Below, piece by piece: positions 41,001 through 50,673 of a DNA stretch of 64,000 bases. Position 1 is the stretch's first letter; every line of letters begins with the position of its first letter. The stretch is taken from the NCBI GenBank assembly GCA_044892525.1, contig CM097885.1, positions 43,278,001-43,342,000 on the forward strand, read 5' to 3'. Below the pieces are notes generated by a model. It made no database searches. It saw nothing but the letters and a program-made list of their open reading frames with translations, and was not told the origin of the DNA. Both the position numbers and the translations under genes were made by a program. Source of the stretch: Schmidtea polychroa (taxonomy: Eukaryota).

Positions 41001-42989
41001 TTTACCAAATGGCCAGAAGCATACGCTATTCCAAACCAAAAAGCAGACACGATTGCTAGAATATTTATGGAAAACATAATATTTCGCTATGGTACTCCAA
41101 AGAAATTGTTAACTGATCAAGGAAAGAACTTTCAAAGCGAGATGTTTAAATCAATCACAGACTTATTTGGAATTTGGAAATTGAATACGTCACCATATCA
41201 TCCACAAACTGATGGATTGGTGGAACGATTTAATGGGACACTGATAAATATGATCTCGTCATATGTGAATCGAAAACAGAAAGATTGGGACGACTTCATA
41301 AAGCCGTGTTTATTTGCCTACAGAAATGCAGTAAATCAAAGTACAGGAGAGACCCCTTTTTATTTGATGTATTTAAGGAAAAATAATATGCCGATTGATC
41401 TCAAATTCCAACCACCAATTTCACAATATATGGAGATACCCGATTATAAAGCAGTGATGCAAGAAAGAATGCAGTCAGTATGGACTAAAGCCGGTTTGAC
41501 AATAAAGCACAACCAAGAGAAATATAAAGAAACATACGATAAAAAAGAACATGCGCATGGCATAAAGATTGGAGATCTAGTATATCTGAACAGGCCGGAA
41601 CCTCTCAAAGGTTTATCGCCTAAATTGCAAAGACCATTTAAAGGACCCTACAAAGTGTGCGACACCACCGAAACCAATTTGAAGTTATTACGATTCAGGA
41701 GTAAAAAGGCTAACCCGATGATTGTGCATGCAAATCGATGTAGACTAGTGCCAGAGGAAGATGAATCTAGATACCCCTTAAGATCCAAGCAGAATAAAGT
41801 AACGGGTCAAACAAAATTGAAACAGAAATTCACGAAAAATCCAACACCAGTCAGCTACATCAATAAGATATTATATGTAGCAATAATGCTGATGTTAGTA
41901 ACAGTTGCGAGCGGCAAAAAGATTGACTTACCATATGCGGTAAGCAAAATCCGAGGAATGGAGAAAATACATATATATTCCACTCTAACAAATATAGTAT
42001 GGAGCTGTAAATGCGAGATCGCAGACCAAATAGAAATTATTGATTTACTAGACAATACGGCACCAGTGGTAGAACTGAATTATGATAAAGATACATTTGC
42101 AGTACGAAAGTTAAAGCCAAATTACAAATACCAATGGCTGTTGAGACAGAACATGTCGAAGTGGTACACGCAAATTCCAATAGAAGTGCACACAAAAGAG
42201 ATGCGAAACTTGATCGAAATAGAACCAGAGATAAATGGAATCAATATATCTTGGAAGCCAGTGGACTTGGTGAAAGTGCGAATCACATTTCAAGGGTTAA
42301 ATGTCGACACCCTTAACTCGCGAAAATCATTTATCCTTTACGAGAAATTGAAAATGAATCAAAATTATTCAGTTAATGCAAACTACTACGAGAACATATG
42401 CCTCGAAAATGGAACGGTAGTAAGAAACCAATGGTCACGATTTAAGAGTGAGACCCAGTCTATCTATCTCAGAGACGAGTCAAATCGTATAACCCTGAGT
42501 GTTGGAAATGGACAGGTAACGATATATAGAAAATCAGGAAATGATGAAAGAGTTGTTATTATCTACAAACAAAAGACCCTGACTATATTAGATGCCGGTA
42601 ATCATTTTTTTACACTTTACTCTTCTGATTTAGAGACGGCATGGGAATTAACAGTTAAATATCAGCGATGGATAACCGATCCAGGCAGATGGCAAACAGT
42701 TTACGTGGAAGTCAAGACAATCAATGAATCGAAACGAAAATCATATACAACCACATCACCTTTCCAATTACCGACCCAAGAGACGACAAAACCTAACTCA
42801 AACAAACTAATGATGATAAATTCGGACTTGACAATCAACTATTGTGAATATCTCATTTACATTTTAATAACAGGTTTTCTCATCTTATCAATAACATTCA
42901 TAATCATCACCATTTTGATATGTGTAAAAGAGAGACAACTAACTATCCTTCAACCACCATCATATTCATATTATGAGACAAGACTATAA
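34980..42989 (+). CDS. pol: Polyprotein: UBL, Bcl-2-like, envelope glycoprotein, PR, RT, RNase H, IN, FN3-like membrane protein
   Basis: PR LVDSRS at ~38430; RT RFCVDYRKLN and YIDD at 39642; RH TDAS/EKE/TDH; IN HHCC, DDE and GPY. Extra domains inferred from motifs (see findings). Confidence 0.93.
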   Translation: MEPCQKVRENLPRKCERSHQMKIIIIALNIADQRIEYYQEHWSVKAKKIRQKAAEILGNDGIIVLTFKGRELDDDEYLLNYGCNPNCINNVYATKQSGEMEKDAVIVPFWPLYEEMDNDNVEIKTEVVDDPGEIDQEINELQRLKTMENEEMRSENEVTRDVEEMSTDNRILPSIDEMKSEENFVETKNDIAICGIKQNDAEIESLSLDESSETERLDEPSETERILKGLVTELYLLDENETEDDTSEGEKRVVKRLATELKRRLPSIIKRNYEEKEFCEEAVIEDLTRTELDRDVILTVLAYIILEIGIYGCLESDNSKSLIKKATEMTNKYLMKCIANNGGWENLIQKAESPKTETVRKKGKLAFPWLMISIIMLLGIINTTNSLVAYDCSQTEMGRVYSLVNVAECSDAYPVKFKVTNPVKYHVYQESGFRRAKVRECTVKRTTFVFYCGKWSHSSMVKMQSIPRPIEIIPENCLAAFQIGQLKINADIKLQAKLNHKIRETVTVRGIIKSNGDCQGEPYKVDDVIIDKAVVVEEYMSELREFDGSFDDDTGKLQTHPFCNMKQSSCQTGESILVYDVDTKKCNLVQLKSMSFKEITGEQIREKPEKIRMDPATSTTTRITPIRMKDTPTVLMSTSEEDGMRFLRKETKTKCGQSVYETNYKGMYVSQKMITEAQTNIHVGDIKLTNYFNNKIDYLFHFGQNTVENVYREVIINDCNLNKEILRNRMAMAITNPNLVAPMLITENGVFARIFGEALYSYKCKAVPVKLTKYDQCTNELPVNLNGKLRFMEPVTRILLEEDVKPKVLQCNRLLAPLYRLTPESWIALPDHREVKTPENLELTELQYLVNFTSLEKLSQSGIYSNEDIEEARRNLLFPSKKERVIMEMVDTILPSGSGKVNYEYLLTPDHYKKATYNTMKKIWGKFMFIGQACAGLIGIYVICVVIKVIISQVLSTHKLYAITGWSWKLVIGCIPLLARFFITHHQYQELEILKARILKKKKVSYASTTPSRDENNDNDNEGDSAPLYVDNQELSGMNKEALRTYQILKEPLLNASSVDTFTKLCIPKSFMQPAPVYPVDRLREMKPVENIALQCEGMIGERIEPSSAEIERKNMLGLPCNYSLMTLTKRGKQPPIFIQMNKHKVEALVDSRSSHTIISENVLNAKEKMRIKPTDEIVRSLSKNELNIIGQLNVIFHIGDRIIAHDALIMMGSPVRCLIGMDILEQLDGVSLDLKTSNLIAGETGEIIHRAGEVFVNQTLTIPPQSEMVYCANTMSVDNGDFIFEPNQTLVEKYDLPICDEVVKVENQIVPVHITNSSKKPVQLHPKTKLGKLSKMSIETNCKIPRNVKVYKEPEVVSNDLNEMQKKEFTKLWRKYRDIFAKHEYDLGLTNVIEHEIPLLDETPIKIKPYRIPYVHQDERDRQITAMKEFGIIRDSASPFSSSIVIVKKKDGDLRFCVDYRKLNQVTRKDTYPIPVPQEMFDQMGEARYFTVIDLNKGYNQFRVKKEDRGKTAFSDGKGLYEFNVLPFGLTGAPATFQRGMNYVLRGIRHALVYIDDIIIFSNDFEEHLKDVETVFKRFKSAKLKIKSSKCEWGKAGVIYVGHIISRRGLQTNPDNIKKVEEYPVPKDADEVRQFLGLASYYRKFIKDFSHIAQPLNTLLKKNNKFIWGQMQQNAFNTLEEKLVTTPILRCPDFTKQFILMTDASNVALGAVLGQKFEGEKDHVIAYASRSLRPHEKNYSTIEKETLALVYGITTFRQYLLGRKFTVYTDHNPLQWLMKHRDSASKLIRWSIALQEYDFEIKYRTGKANANADAMSRIPENDSEGTPEKLEGTIFAAIKAVNDMSELQNDQENDSELKQFMEQAVKIRKEQDWKRLTDANSKYVIHNGILKCWKNGEALIIIPAKHRDALLMQYHDGALGGHLSTRKTLSRLKLKYFWPTMEQDVKNWCNSCKVCITRRNTGKKIKVPLKPMPVPAAPMEMTAMDILGPLPETTKGNKYIVVFCDYFTKWPEAYAIPNQKADTIARIFMENIIFRYGTPKKLLTDQGKNFQSEMFKSITDLFGIWKLNTSPYHPQTDGLVERFNGTLINMISSYVNRKQKDWDDFIKPCLFAYRNAVNQSTGETPFYLMYLRKNNMPIDLKFQPPISQYMEIPDYKAVMQERMQSVWTKAGLTIKHNQEKYKETYDKKEHAHGIKIGDLVYLNRPEPLKGLSPKLQRPFKGPYKVCDTTETNLKLLRFRSKKANPMIVHANRCRLVPEEDESRYPLRSKQNKVTGQTKLKQKFTKNPTPVSYINKILYVAIMLMLVTVASGKKIDLPYAVSKIRGMEKIHIYSTLTNIVWSCKCEIADQIEIIDLLDNTAPVVELNYDKDTFAVRKLKPNYKYQWLLRQNMSKWYTQIPIEVHTKEMRNLIEIEPEINGINISWKPVDLVKVRITFQGLNVDTLNSRKSFILYEKLKMNQNYSVNANYYENICLENGTVVRNQWSRFKSETQSIYLRDESNRITLSVGNGQVTIYRKSGNDERVVIIYKQKTLTILDAGNHFFTLYSSDLETAWELTVKYQRWITDPGRWQTVYVEVKTINESKRKSYTTTSPFQLPTQETTKPNSNKLMMINSDLTINYCEYLIYILITGFLILSITFIIITILICVKERQLTILQPPSYSYYETRL

Positions 42990-43238
42990 ATTGTGATCTG
43001 CATGAATAGTGTATAAAAATATATTACATTTATATTAACAATGTGCATGTTTTATAAGTACCATAGGATGAACTGTGTAATTTGTTTGAGATTCGAAGCG
43101 AGGTGTTGATGCTTTGCGAATAAAGAGTGATACAAAAAAAACGACTATCATTTAATTTCAGAGAATGCAAGAAGCCTCGGAGATGTCATGCAAAGAGTGT
43201 AAAACAAGTACGCAAGAACTAAAGAAAAGTTTCGTAGC

Positions 43239-43409
43239 ATGCAGGGCAGAATAACAGATCTGGAGGAAGAAAACTTCCGTCTGAAAAGACGGTTGGACCG
43301 TATGGAAATCTTATTGTTTCAACACGAAGCCGATTTCGCGATGTTTCGAATGAGAGTAGAAGAAATAGAGGAATCGGAAGATGATGGTGAGATAAATCAA
43401 TTAGATTAA
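43239..43409 (+). CDS. Short coiled-coil/leucine-zipper-like ORF (56 aa)
   Basis: MQGRITDLEEENFRLKRRLDRMEILL... with an acidic tail, followed by AATAAA. Confidence 0.3.
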   Translation: MQGRITDLEEENFRLKRRLDRMEILLFQHEADFAMFRMRVEEIEESEDDGEINQLD

Positions 43410-44800
43410 AAAAATAAATTATTTAAACGGACCCTGTTGGTGTTTTTTCGTCCTCGAGAAAAAAATAATAGTTAAATAAATATAAGTAAATTAACAAATA
43501 ATCAAATAAATAAACAAATTGATATAAAGAAATAATTGGCAGTGGTAAATAATAGTTTAAATAAAAATAAGTAAATTACCAAGTAAATAATCAAATGAAT
43601 AAACAAATTGATATAAATAAATAATTAAAATTGATAAATTAAATAAATGAATAATAGAAAAACGAGCAAATAGAATAACTCAAATAAATGTTGCAAATAA
43701 TGAAATGACTACCTTAAATGAGCATTAGAAATAAATAATATTAAATGGCTGATTAGTAATTAATGAATTAGCATAACTATATAGCAATGGGTAACCCACT
43801 GGGGCGAGAGAACAAAATTATAAATAAGTAAGGAATAATTTCACATTAGTAGTAACAAAGACTAATCGCGAAGAGGGACACAATTACCCCACCCTTTCTA
43901 GCATAAATTAAAAACAAAGGTATTCTGAACATTTATTCAAAGTTTTATTCGTCATCAGAGTCCAACAGAACGGGACTTTGGATGCCACAGTCCCATTCCC
44001 TGCGTACGTTGCAAGGCGGGCGTCTTTCAAACCTACTGCCTGTATCCACACAGGCAAAGGTACGTTTCAATCCCTTTCGACGCGGTGGCAAAGGGACCCT
44101 GAAAAAGAAATTAAAAAACCTGTTAGTATGGCAGTCAAATAACCATTGCATAACATCGAGATGCTCAAACTTAGGTTCTGGGACAGCCTAAAATAGTAAG
44201 GGTTGAAAAGAAAAATGAAATAAATACTATGTAAAACTCCGTACCATGGCGCCCTCGACAAATAGTTAGTGCAGGGAAGTAATTGATTTTAAGAATTACG
44301 TAATAAATTAATAAGTATAAATACGGCTAAAATTGTCAGAAAAATACGAGTAGCTGTAATTAGAGGTTTGCTTTTAGTATAAATAAAAAATCAAAAATCA
44401 AAAATATATGACCCAAAACATGAGTGTGGTATAGGTAGTTGCATAAACAAATTAACGAATTAAAATTAAAAAGTAAATAAGTTAATTTAATAAGCATCAA
44501 TAAGTTAATTTAATAAGCAACACGAGCACTTGCAATCACCGGGGTTTGGCTACCCTGGACAGCGATTGCAAGTGTTCGGTTGCTATGAGGGAACGCATTA
44601 CTAATAGTTGAGGACAGCATGGTAAAAAGAATTACAAAAAAAAATAATAAAAGACAAGTAATCACTTACGTCCATAGTAATTGAGGGATGGCGTTACTAA
44701 AATTCAAAAAAAAATATGAAAAAGAAAAATAAAATATAAAATGCTTACTTCAAGATTGGCAAGACAAAACTAACGAAAAGTGGTAAAGCAGACACTTATA

Positions 44801-44945
44801 TAGAACGCTTATCAGTACAGGCTACGTTAACAAACCACAGGGTAATTAATTAGAAAGCTTATCAGCACGGGCTACGTTAAGAAACCACAGGGTAATTAAT
44901 TATGGAGCCTATCAGTATCGGCTACGTCAAAAACCGCAGGATAAG
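44801..44945. repeat. Three 50-bp tandem repeats
   Basis: CTTATCAG..C.GGCTACGTTAA.AAACCACAGGGTAATTAAT units starting at 44801, 44851 and 44901. Confidence 0.85.
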
Positions 44946-45980
44946 TAAATATTCATTCGGAATATTAATGTTTATCGCAGATACCTTATCAGGCTGAGTA
45001 AACAAAGTGATATCATGAGTCGGTATTTATAACCTAATAAATAAAAAAAAAGTCCTAACCTGAATATTTAAGCTATATTTACGTACTTATTTCTTAATTC
45101 ATTTGTTTAAATTATACTAATTTACTTCAATCTTAAAAATGTGAATTAATAAACCCAAAAAAAAAATCCTTCAATCTTAAAAATTTAAATTAATAAACCC
45201 AAAAAAATCAATTGTTAAAAATATTTCAGAATATAAAAAAAAATTTAAATTATACTAATTTACTTCAATCTTAAAAATATAAATTAATAAACCCAAAAAA
45301 ATCATTTGTTAAAAATATTTCAGAATATAAAAAATTTCATTATTTTATTGAACCTCCGATTTGAGCTGGAATTCTGAGATTTGATCGATAGATTAGATAA
45401 ATATATATTTCAAACCTGTGCTATAATTCTCATAATTTAATGTTGTCAGTGCATATCGATTTTTCCCCAACTTATCAATCATCGGTTTTAAGAATCAATG
45501 ACTAAGAATAATTCGAATCTTTATACAATTAATACAAAAAAAAATTAATCTAACCATTTTGTGTTTCTTCTTCGACGTTTTGTAGCATACATGGTTTTTA
45601 TAACAAAATCGTCGACCATAAATAAGTGTGAATGAAATTTAAGCCAAACTCTAATATAAAAAATAAATATATTTTCGTTAAATTCGTTTAAATAATTCGT
45701 TTGCGAAAATCAAGTGATTGAATTTTCCTAGAAATTTCCTGCTTTTAAAAAGCTATATTTTCTCTCTTTCAGCCGTTGACAAATGGCCAATCAAATTGAA
45801 GAGAGTGTGTAGTTTATTTTAATTGATCTTTATGGAGAGAAATTTCCAACGGCTACACACAGGTCTGAAATGATGGCGTTTTCCCCTTCATAAACTTGAT
45901 TTCATGTGAGATAACACAATCTAGAAAATCTATTATGATATATTATTGAGCATATCACATTTTATTTATCACATGATACA

Positions 45981-46192
45981 TTTTCATATTTTCTAAATTG
46001 ATTTTTCGAAATAATAATTTTCTTAAACTCAAATGATAAATTAAATTATGATTTTCATATTTTCTAAATTGATTTTTCGAAATAATAATTTTCTTAAACT
46101 CAAATGATAAATTAAATTATGATTTTCATATTTTCTAAATTGATTTTTCGAAATAATAATTTTCTTAAACTCAAACGATAAATTAAATTATG
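45981..46192. repeat. Three 71-bp AT-rich tandem repeats
   Basis: TTTTCATATTTTCTAAATTGATTTTTCGAAAT... units at 45981, 46052 and 46123. Confidence 0.9.
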
Positions 46193-46421
46193 AAATTTAT
46201 TTATTGTATGATAATAAGGTAATAGAAAGGAATAATATTAATAATAGTAACGATAATAATATAATAATATTACTCGTTAAATAATTAAAAGATTTCTTTC
46301 TAAAAATATTTAATAATTTAAGAGTATAAAGTACAATCTAATAATATTTAAATGCATGTAAAATTACGTCCAAGGACATAATCACAGCAAAACATAAATT
46401 TCGAGGACGAAAAAATTTTTT

Positions 46422-46431
46422 AAGGGGGAGA
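46422..46431 (+). promoter_or_regulatory. Polypurine tract
   Basis: AAGGGGGAGA, 2 nt before the 3' LTR. Confidence 0.9.
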
Positions 46432-46433
46432 TA

Positions 46434-47492
46434 TGTTGAGGTCTGTAAATTAAAATTAAAAATTTAAATAAAATTTAGGATAATAATTCAAATGGAAAGT
46501 AAGCGAGGAAAAAAGGCAAATAAAAGCGGGATCGTGCACAGAATTAATAGTAAAGGAAAGTGCGATGAAAACAGTATTAGAAAATGCAAAAAGCAATTAC
46601 GAAAGGCGAGAATCCGGAAATCCGAGAAAAATCAATAAAGGGAAAAATCATCGAAATCGAATGGGAAAAACGGGACAGGTATAGATTAGCTAATGGTCAA
46701 CAAGATGACGGTTAGGGATTTATCAGAAAAGGGTTAGAAAGGGTCGAAAAACATTCAAACGTATGAAAACAGAAAACGTTAATTAATTAATTAATTGGCT
46801 AATGGAAAACCCGAGCTAATGGGAAACCCGAGCCAATTGAGAACCCGAGAGATAAAGGAAACCCGAGCTGGGTAAACAAGAAGAAAGGCAAACAAAAGGA
46901 AGATTTGAGCCCATATTAGCTTGACACAATGATTAATGGGAAAAGAGTAAGGAGAAGATAGCGCGCGTAGGAAGACCGGTAGGGCCATTAATTATCTGGA
47001 TTCGTTGGACCATTATGGGTGACAGCCGAAGCAAACACGTAGGAGAAAATGTCAAACGAAAGATTGGCTCGGCAATAACCATTTGTCATCCTGATTTCGA
47101 GGAGTATATAAGCAAAGGAAAAATCAGAGAAAATCGGCATTCTGCCTCAGCTAGGGTTCGAAGAATTAGACTGTAGGAAAAGGGGTAAACGAATTAGGGA
47201 AGTAGGGAAAAGAAGAAATAGAATTAAGAATACGGAAAGGCGAAAAGGGATCAAACCAAACAGAAACCGAGGAGAACGAGAGTCAACCGAACTAAAGGAT
47301 CAAAAGGTGAATATTGTTTGTTTGCAAAGCATCAACGCCGAGCAGAGAATCGTATAAAACTTTGATTGGTAATTGTAGCGTGATAATAAATTGTGAACCT
47401 GTTGTTTCAATATACGTTGGGTCGTTCATTGTTTTAATTTAAAGAACACAGGAGTCAGAGAGAACCGACTTGAAATAATCCAAAACCCAACA
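46434..47492 (+). repeat. 3' LTR (1059 bp)
   Basis: Matches the 5' LTR apart from 16-nt and 2-nt indels and one substitution that I could see. Confidence 0.97.
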
Positions 47493-47496
47493 GATT

Positions 47497-48499
47497 TATC
47501 ACACGACTTAAGAATCTCGTGCCTCACATTTTCGGCATTCACTGCATGCTACACCGAGAGCATTTAGCTGCAAAGAAACTCAGCGGTGACCTTCACCATG
47601 CTCTGCAAATCGTTATCAGGGCAGTCAACATCATAAAGTCCAACGCTAAATTCGATCGTCTCTTTAAGCAACTGTGTTACAATGAGGACGAGAACTATAT
47701 AAGATTACTCATGCATACTGAGGTAAGGTGGTTATCTAAAGGCAACTGTCTCCGTCAATTTGTGGAACTGTTTGACACAGTATGCACATTTCTTTGCGAC
47801 AACGCGCAGTTCATGGAGCTACAATATTTGTACTTGAAACGTTGGATACATTACCTAGCTGACATTTTCGATAAGCTGAATCAATTTAATAGAGACTTAC
47901 AAGGCACTGGGGTTACCCTTATTCACTGTAAGACCAAAGTCTTAACTTTCATGGATAAATTGGATTTGTGGCGGATGCAACTAGATCGGAGATATTTTGT
48001 CAACTTCGCCTCCTTCAACAGTGTTTCAAATGATATCACGGATGCAGAAATAGTCTGCCTCACTCAATATCTTACCAATCTGAAAGACCATATGCGCAAA
48101 CGCTATGCAGACATGCAGAATCTCGATATACCAAATTGGGTCACCCTGCCATTTGATGCACAGCCTTTTCTCGAAGATGCTATTCTACAAGAGGAACTTC
48201 TTGAATTGAAGAATAATTCAGAGGCCAAGGCATCCTTCACCCTCCGTGGTTATCAATCAATGTGGCTACAGTTTCATACCAGGTATCCGCATCTATGGAG
48301 CAAAGTTGAATTGCTTATTCTGGCATTCCCAACAACATGGCTGGTCGAGGCCGGATTCAGTGCGGTGACAAATTTGCTCACTAAAGCTCGAAATCGTTTG
48401 GACATTTGCAAAGCTGGGGATCTACGTATGTTTCTTACTAACATGTCACCTGATATACATACACTAGTAGCTGGACACCAAGCGCAAGGGTCACATTAA
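47497..48499 (+). pseudogene. Buster transposase, 3' half
   Basis: HCMLHREHL, HTEVRWLSKG, YLADIF, PTTWLVEAGFS, RNRL and QAQGSH. Confidence 0.93.
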
Positions 48500-48776
48500 T
48501 TTCGGTAATTTTAGTGTCGACAATACATAGATTTCTTGGAATTGTTGCAGTTTTAAAATATAGGTGGGCGATTTAGAAATTATTTTAACGAAATTGGGCG
48601 ACAAACCAAAAAAGGTTGGGAAACACTGATCTAGATGTTAGAAAACCGTAAAAGTCGCACACTTTACTACCCATCGGATTTGACTCATGCTGTAGTAATA
48701 CCGTTATCTGTGAATCATACATAGTGATTATGTCATCTAGGCATCGCATGCCGCTTACCCACGATCTCACCTACTA

Positions 48777-49585
48777 CACCTAACCGCGAAATATAACATT
48801 ATCTATAATCTAAAAAAAAATCAATAAATATATATTATAGGAACACACAAATTTACCTGTGTGTAGAAATTTAATGCTGCGAAATTTAACATATTTATTA
48901 TAGGAATCAAAAAAGTGAGAGAAAATAATTAAGCATACAAGCACAGCACACATAATGAAAAATACATACAAAATTAAATAAAGTGTTTTTCATGCGAAAT
49001 ATACATTGATTAACATATAATTAACATATCAATATTTTCAAATTATTTAAAAAGTTATGTACAAAAAAACTTTTGAATCAGATTCTGACTGCTCTACCTT
49101 GAGCTTTAGGGAAAAAGAAGTAAATACATCGTAAGATTTAATTATAAAATAATTTAGAATATAAAATTTCTTTAGATTTACAGATATTGAAGAAGATCCT
49201 TCGACATCTTTGAATTTGCAGGAAAAAAATCGCAAATCGTAAATTTTAATAAATTATTTTAACAAATTATTATTTTCATAGAATTACAGAAATAGACAAA
49301 ATTCGAAAGAAGATTACAAAAACTTAAAAAATATTTTATCCATTTGGTGATTACTCTACTTATTTATAATTATAAAAATATCTAACTTACATTTTTACGA
49401 AATAAATCCAAATAAATCCAAATAAAATACCATAAAATTCCTAAAAAACACCTGAAATTTAATTATCAATGTTATATATTATCAATATTATAAATGCTGA
49501 CTAACAGTAATATTTAAGAACTTGAATAATGATCTCATAATTATATAAAATCAAAATTCAAGTCCTAAAAATTATTTCTCTACAG
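48777..49585 (+). mobile_element. Partial inverted copy of the Tc1-like non-autonomous element at 50674-52000
   Basis: TA-CACCTAACCGCGAAA terminus; reverse complement of parts of 50815-52000. Confidence 0.8.
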
Positions 49586-50673
49586 ACGCATTCTAGTCAA
49601 GGTCACATTCTCCAGAAAACCGCGAAGTATCAGATGGGATTCTACATCTACCAAGAGATCTAATGAGCGATGGATATACAAGTTTCTAGAGAAAATTACG
49701 AATCGAATCAACCGGTACTGGAAATGTTCCATTGAAGGTTTACTACACTTAGGGACGATGCCTATTATTTTGAGATTTTAGTAATGCGAGGAAAAAGAAA
49801 TGAAAATTCGTTCCTGGATGTCGAATGTATCGTGAATTACGGGCTCCCCCAGCCATTGCGAGTACTCTCGTTCTCTTGGTAAGCAAGTGGTACCTCCGCT
49901 TTACGATGATAATTTCAAAATTTTTTCCTCTCCTTCAGATAAAGTTACAATTCACATCCTGTGGCGACAGATCAGTGGAGAAACTCCCACAATATGACCC
50001 GATCCCAACCACTACGATGCTGAAGTATCGTCAGACCTGCTGGCAGAGAGAACAACCAGTGTCCCTCGAGCTGTGGCCCACCGAACCCCAGTGTCGTGGA
50101 ATATAAAAATCATCATATCATTATTTGCTCAATAACTGTGCATTAGTTGTCTTTTAGAAATAAATCAGTTTAGCTCGCATTCCATCATTATAAGTTCACC
50201 CATAAATCGAATTAACTGTCTAGAATATCTTCACTTAGAAAATAACATAAATATTCGCAAATCATTTATTTATGAAATCATTACTTTTCTTATGCATTTA
50301 CTTGGGAAATTTAACAAAATATAAAACTGTAATTTAACAGAAAAGAACACGAACTATTACAAATTTTCAAAATAATTTACATATATGAATATATAAAAGA
50401 AAAATCATACAAATAGAAGTTTACTTTCTGCCTGAAATCCGGATTAATAATAGAATGATTCTCTTCTCGTAAATTCCGTTTAAAACGTTGAGTCCTCGAG
50501 TAGTTTGTCGGCTGTAGAAATTAGTAGAATGTCCCTAGTGATCTGGATAGTTGAATGTAGATTATCGCACCTAAGTTTGTTGATTTTTAACATTTAAACA
50601 TTTATTCTATATGTGCTTACCTAAGTTTGTTGATTTTTAAAATTGAAATTTTTGTTTCGATGTTGTCCTTATA

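Larger units (their letters stand above)
31806..47492 (+). mobile_element. Full-length env-bearing Ty3/Gypsy LTR retrotransposon (15687 bp)
   Basis: Paired TG..CA LTRs, TSD GATT (31802-31805, 47493-47496), PBS, PPT, gag, and PR-RT-RH-IN domain order. Confidence 0.97.
30579..48628 (+). mobile_element. Buster-type hAT transposon (2359 bp net) split by the LTR element
   Basis: TIR CAGTGTTTCCCAACCT / AGGTTGGGAAACACTG and 8-bp TSD ATCTAGAT (30571-30578, 48629-48636). Confidence 0.95.

Noticed and set aside
35452..42316. Many short antisense or alternate-frame ORFs within the polyprotein
   Set aside because: These are shadow ORFs with no motifs, expected by chance in long coding DNA.
44801..46192. 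Repeat arrays as possible CRISPR-like arrays
   Set aside because: They are head-to-tail tandem units without unique spacers, in a eukaryotic context with no cas genes.
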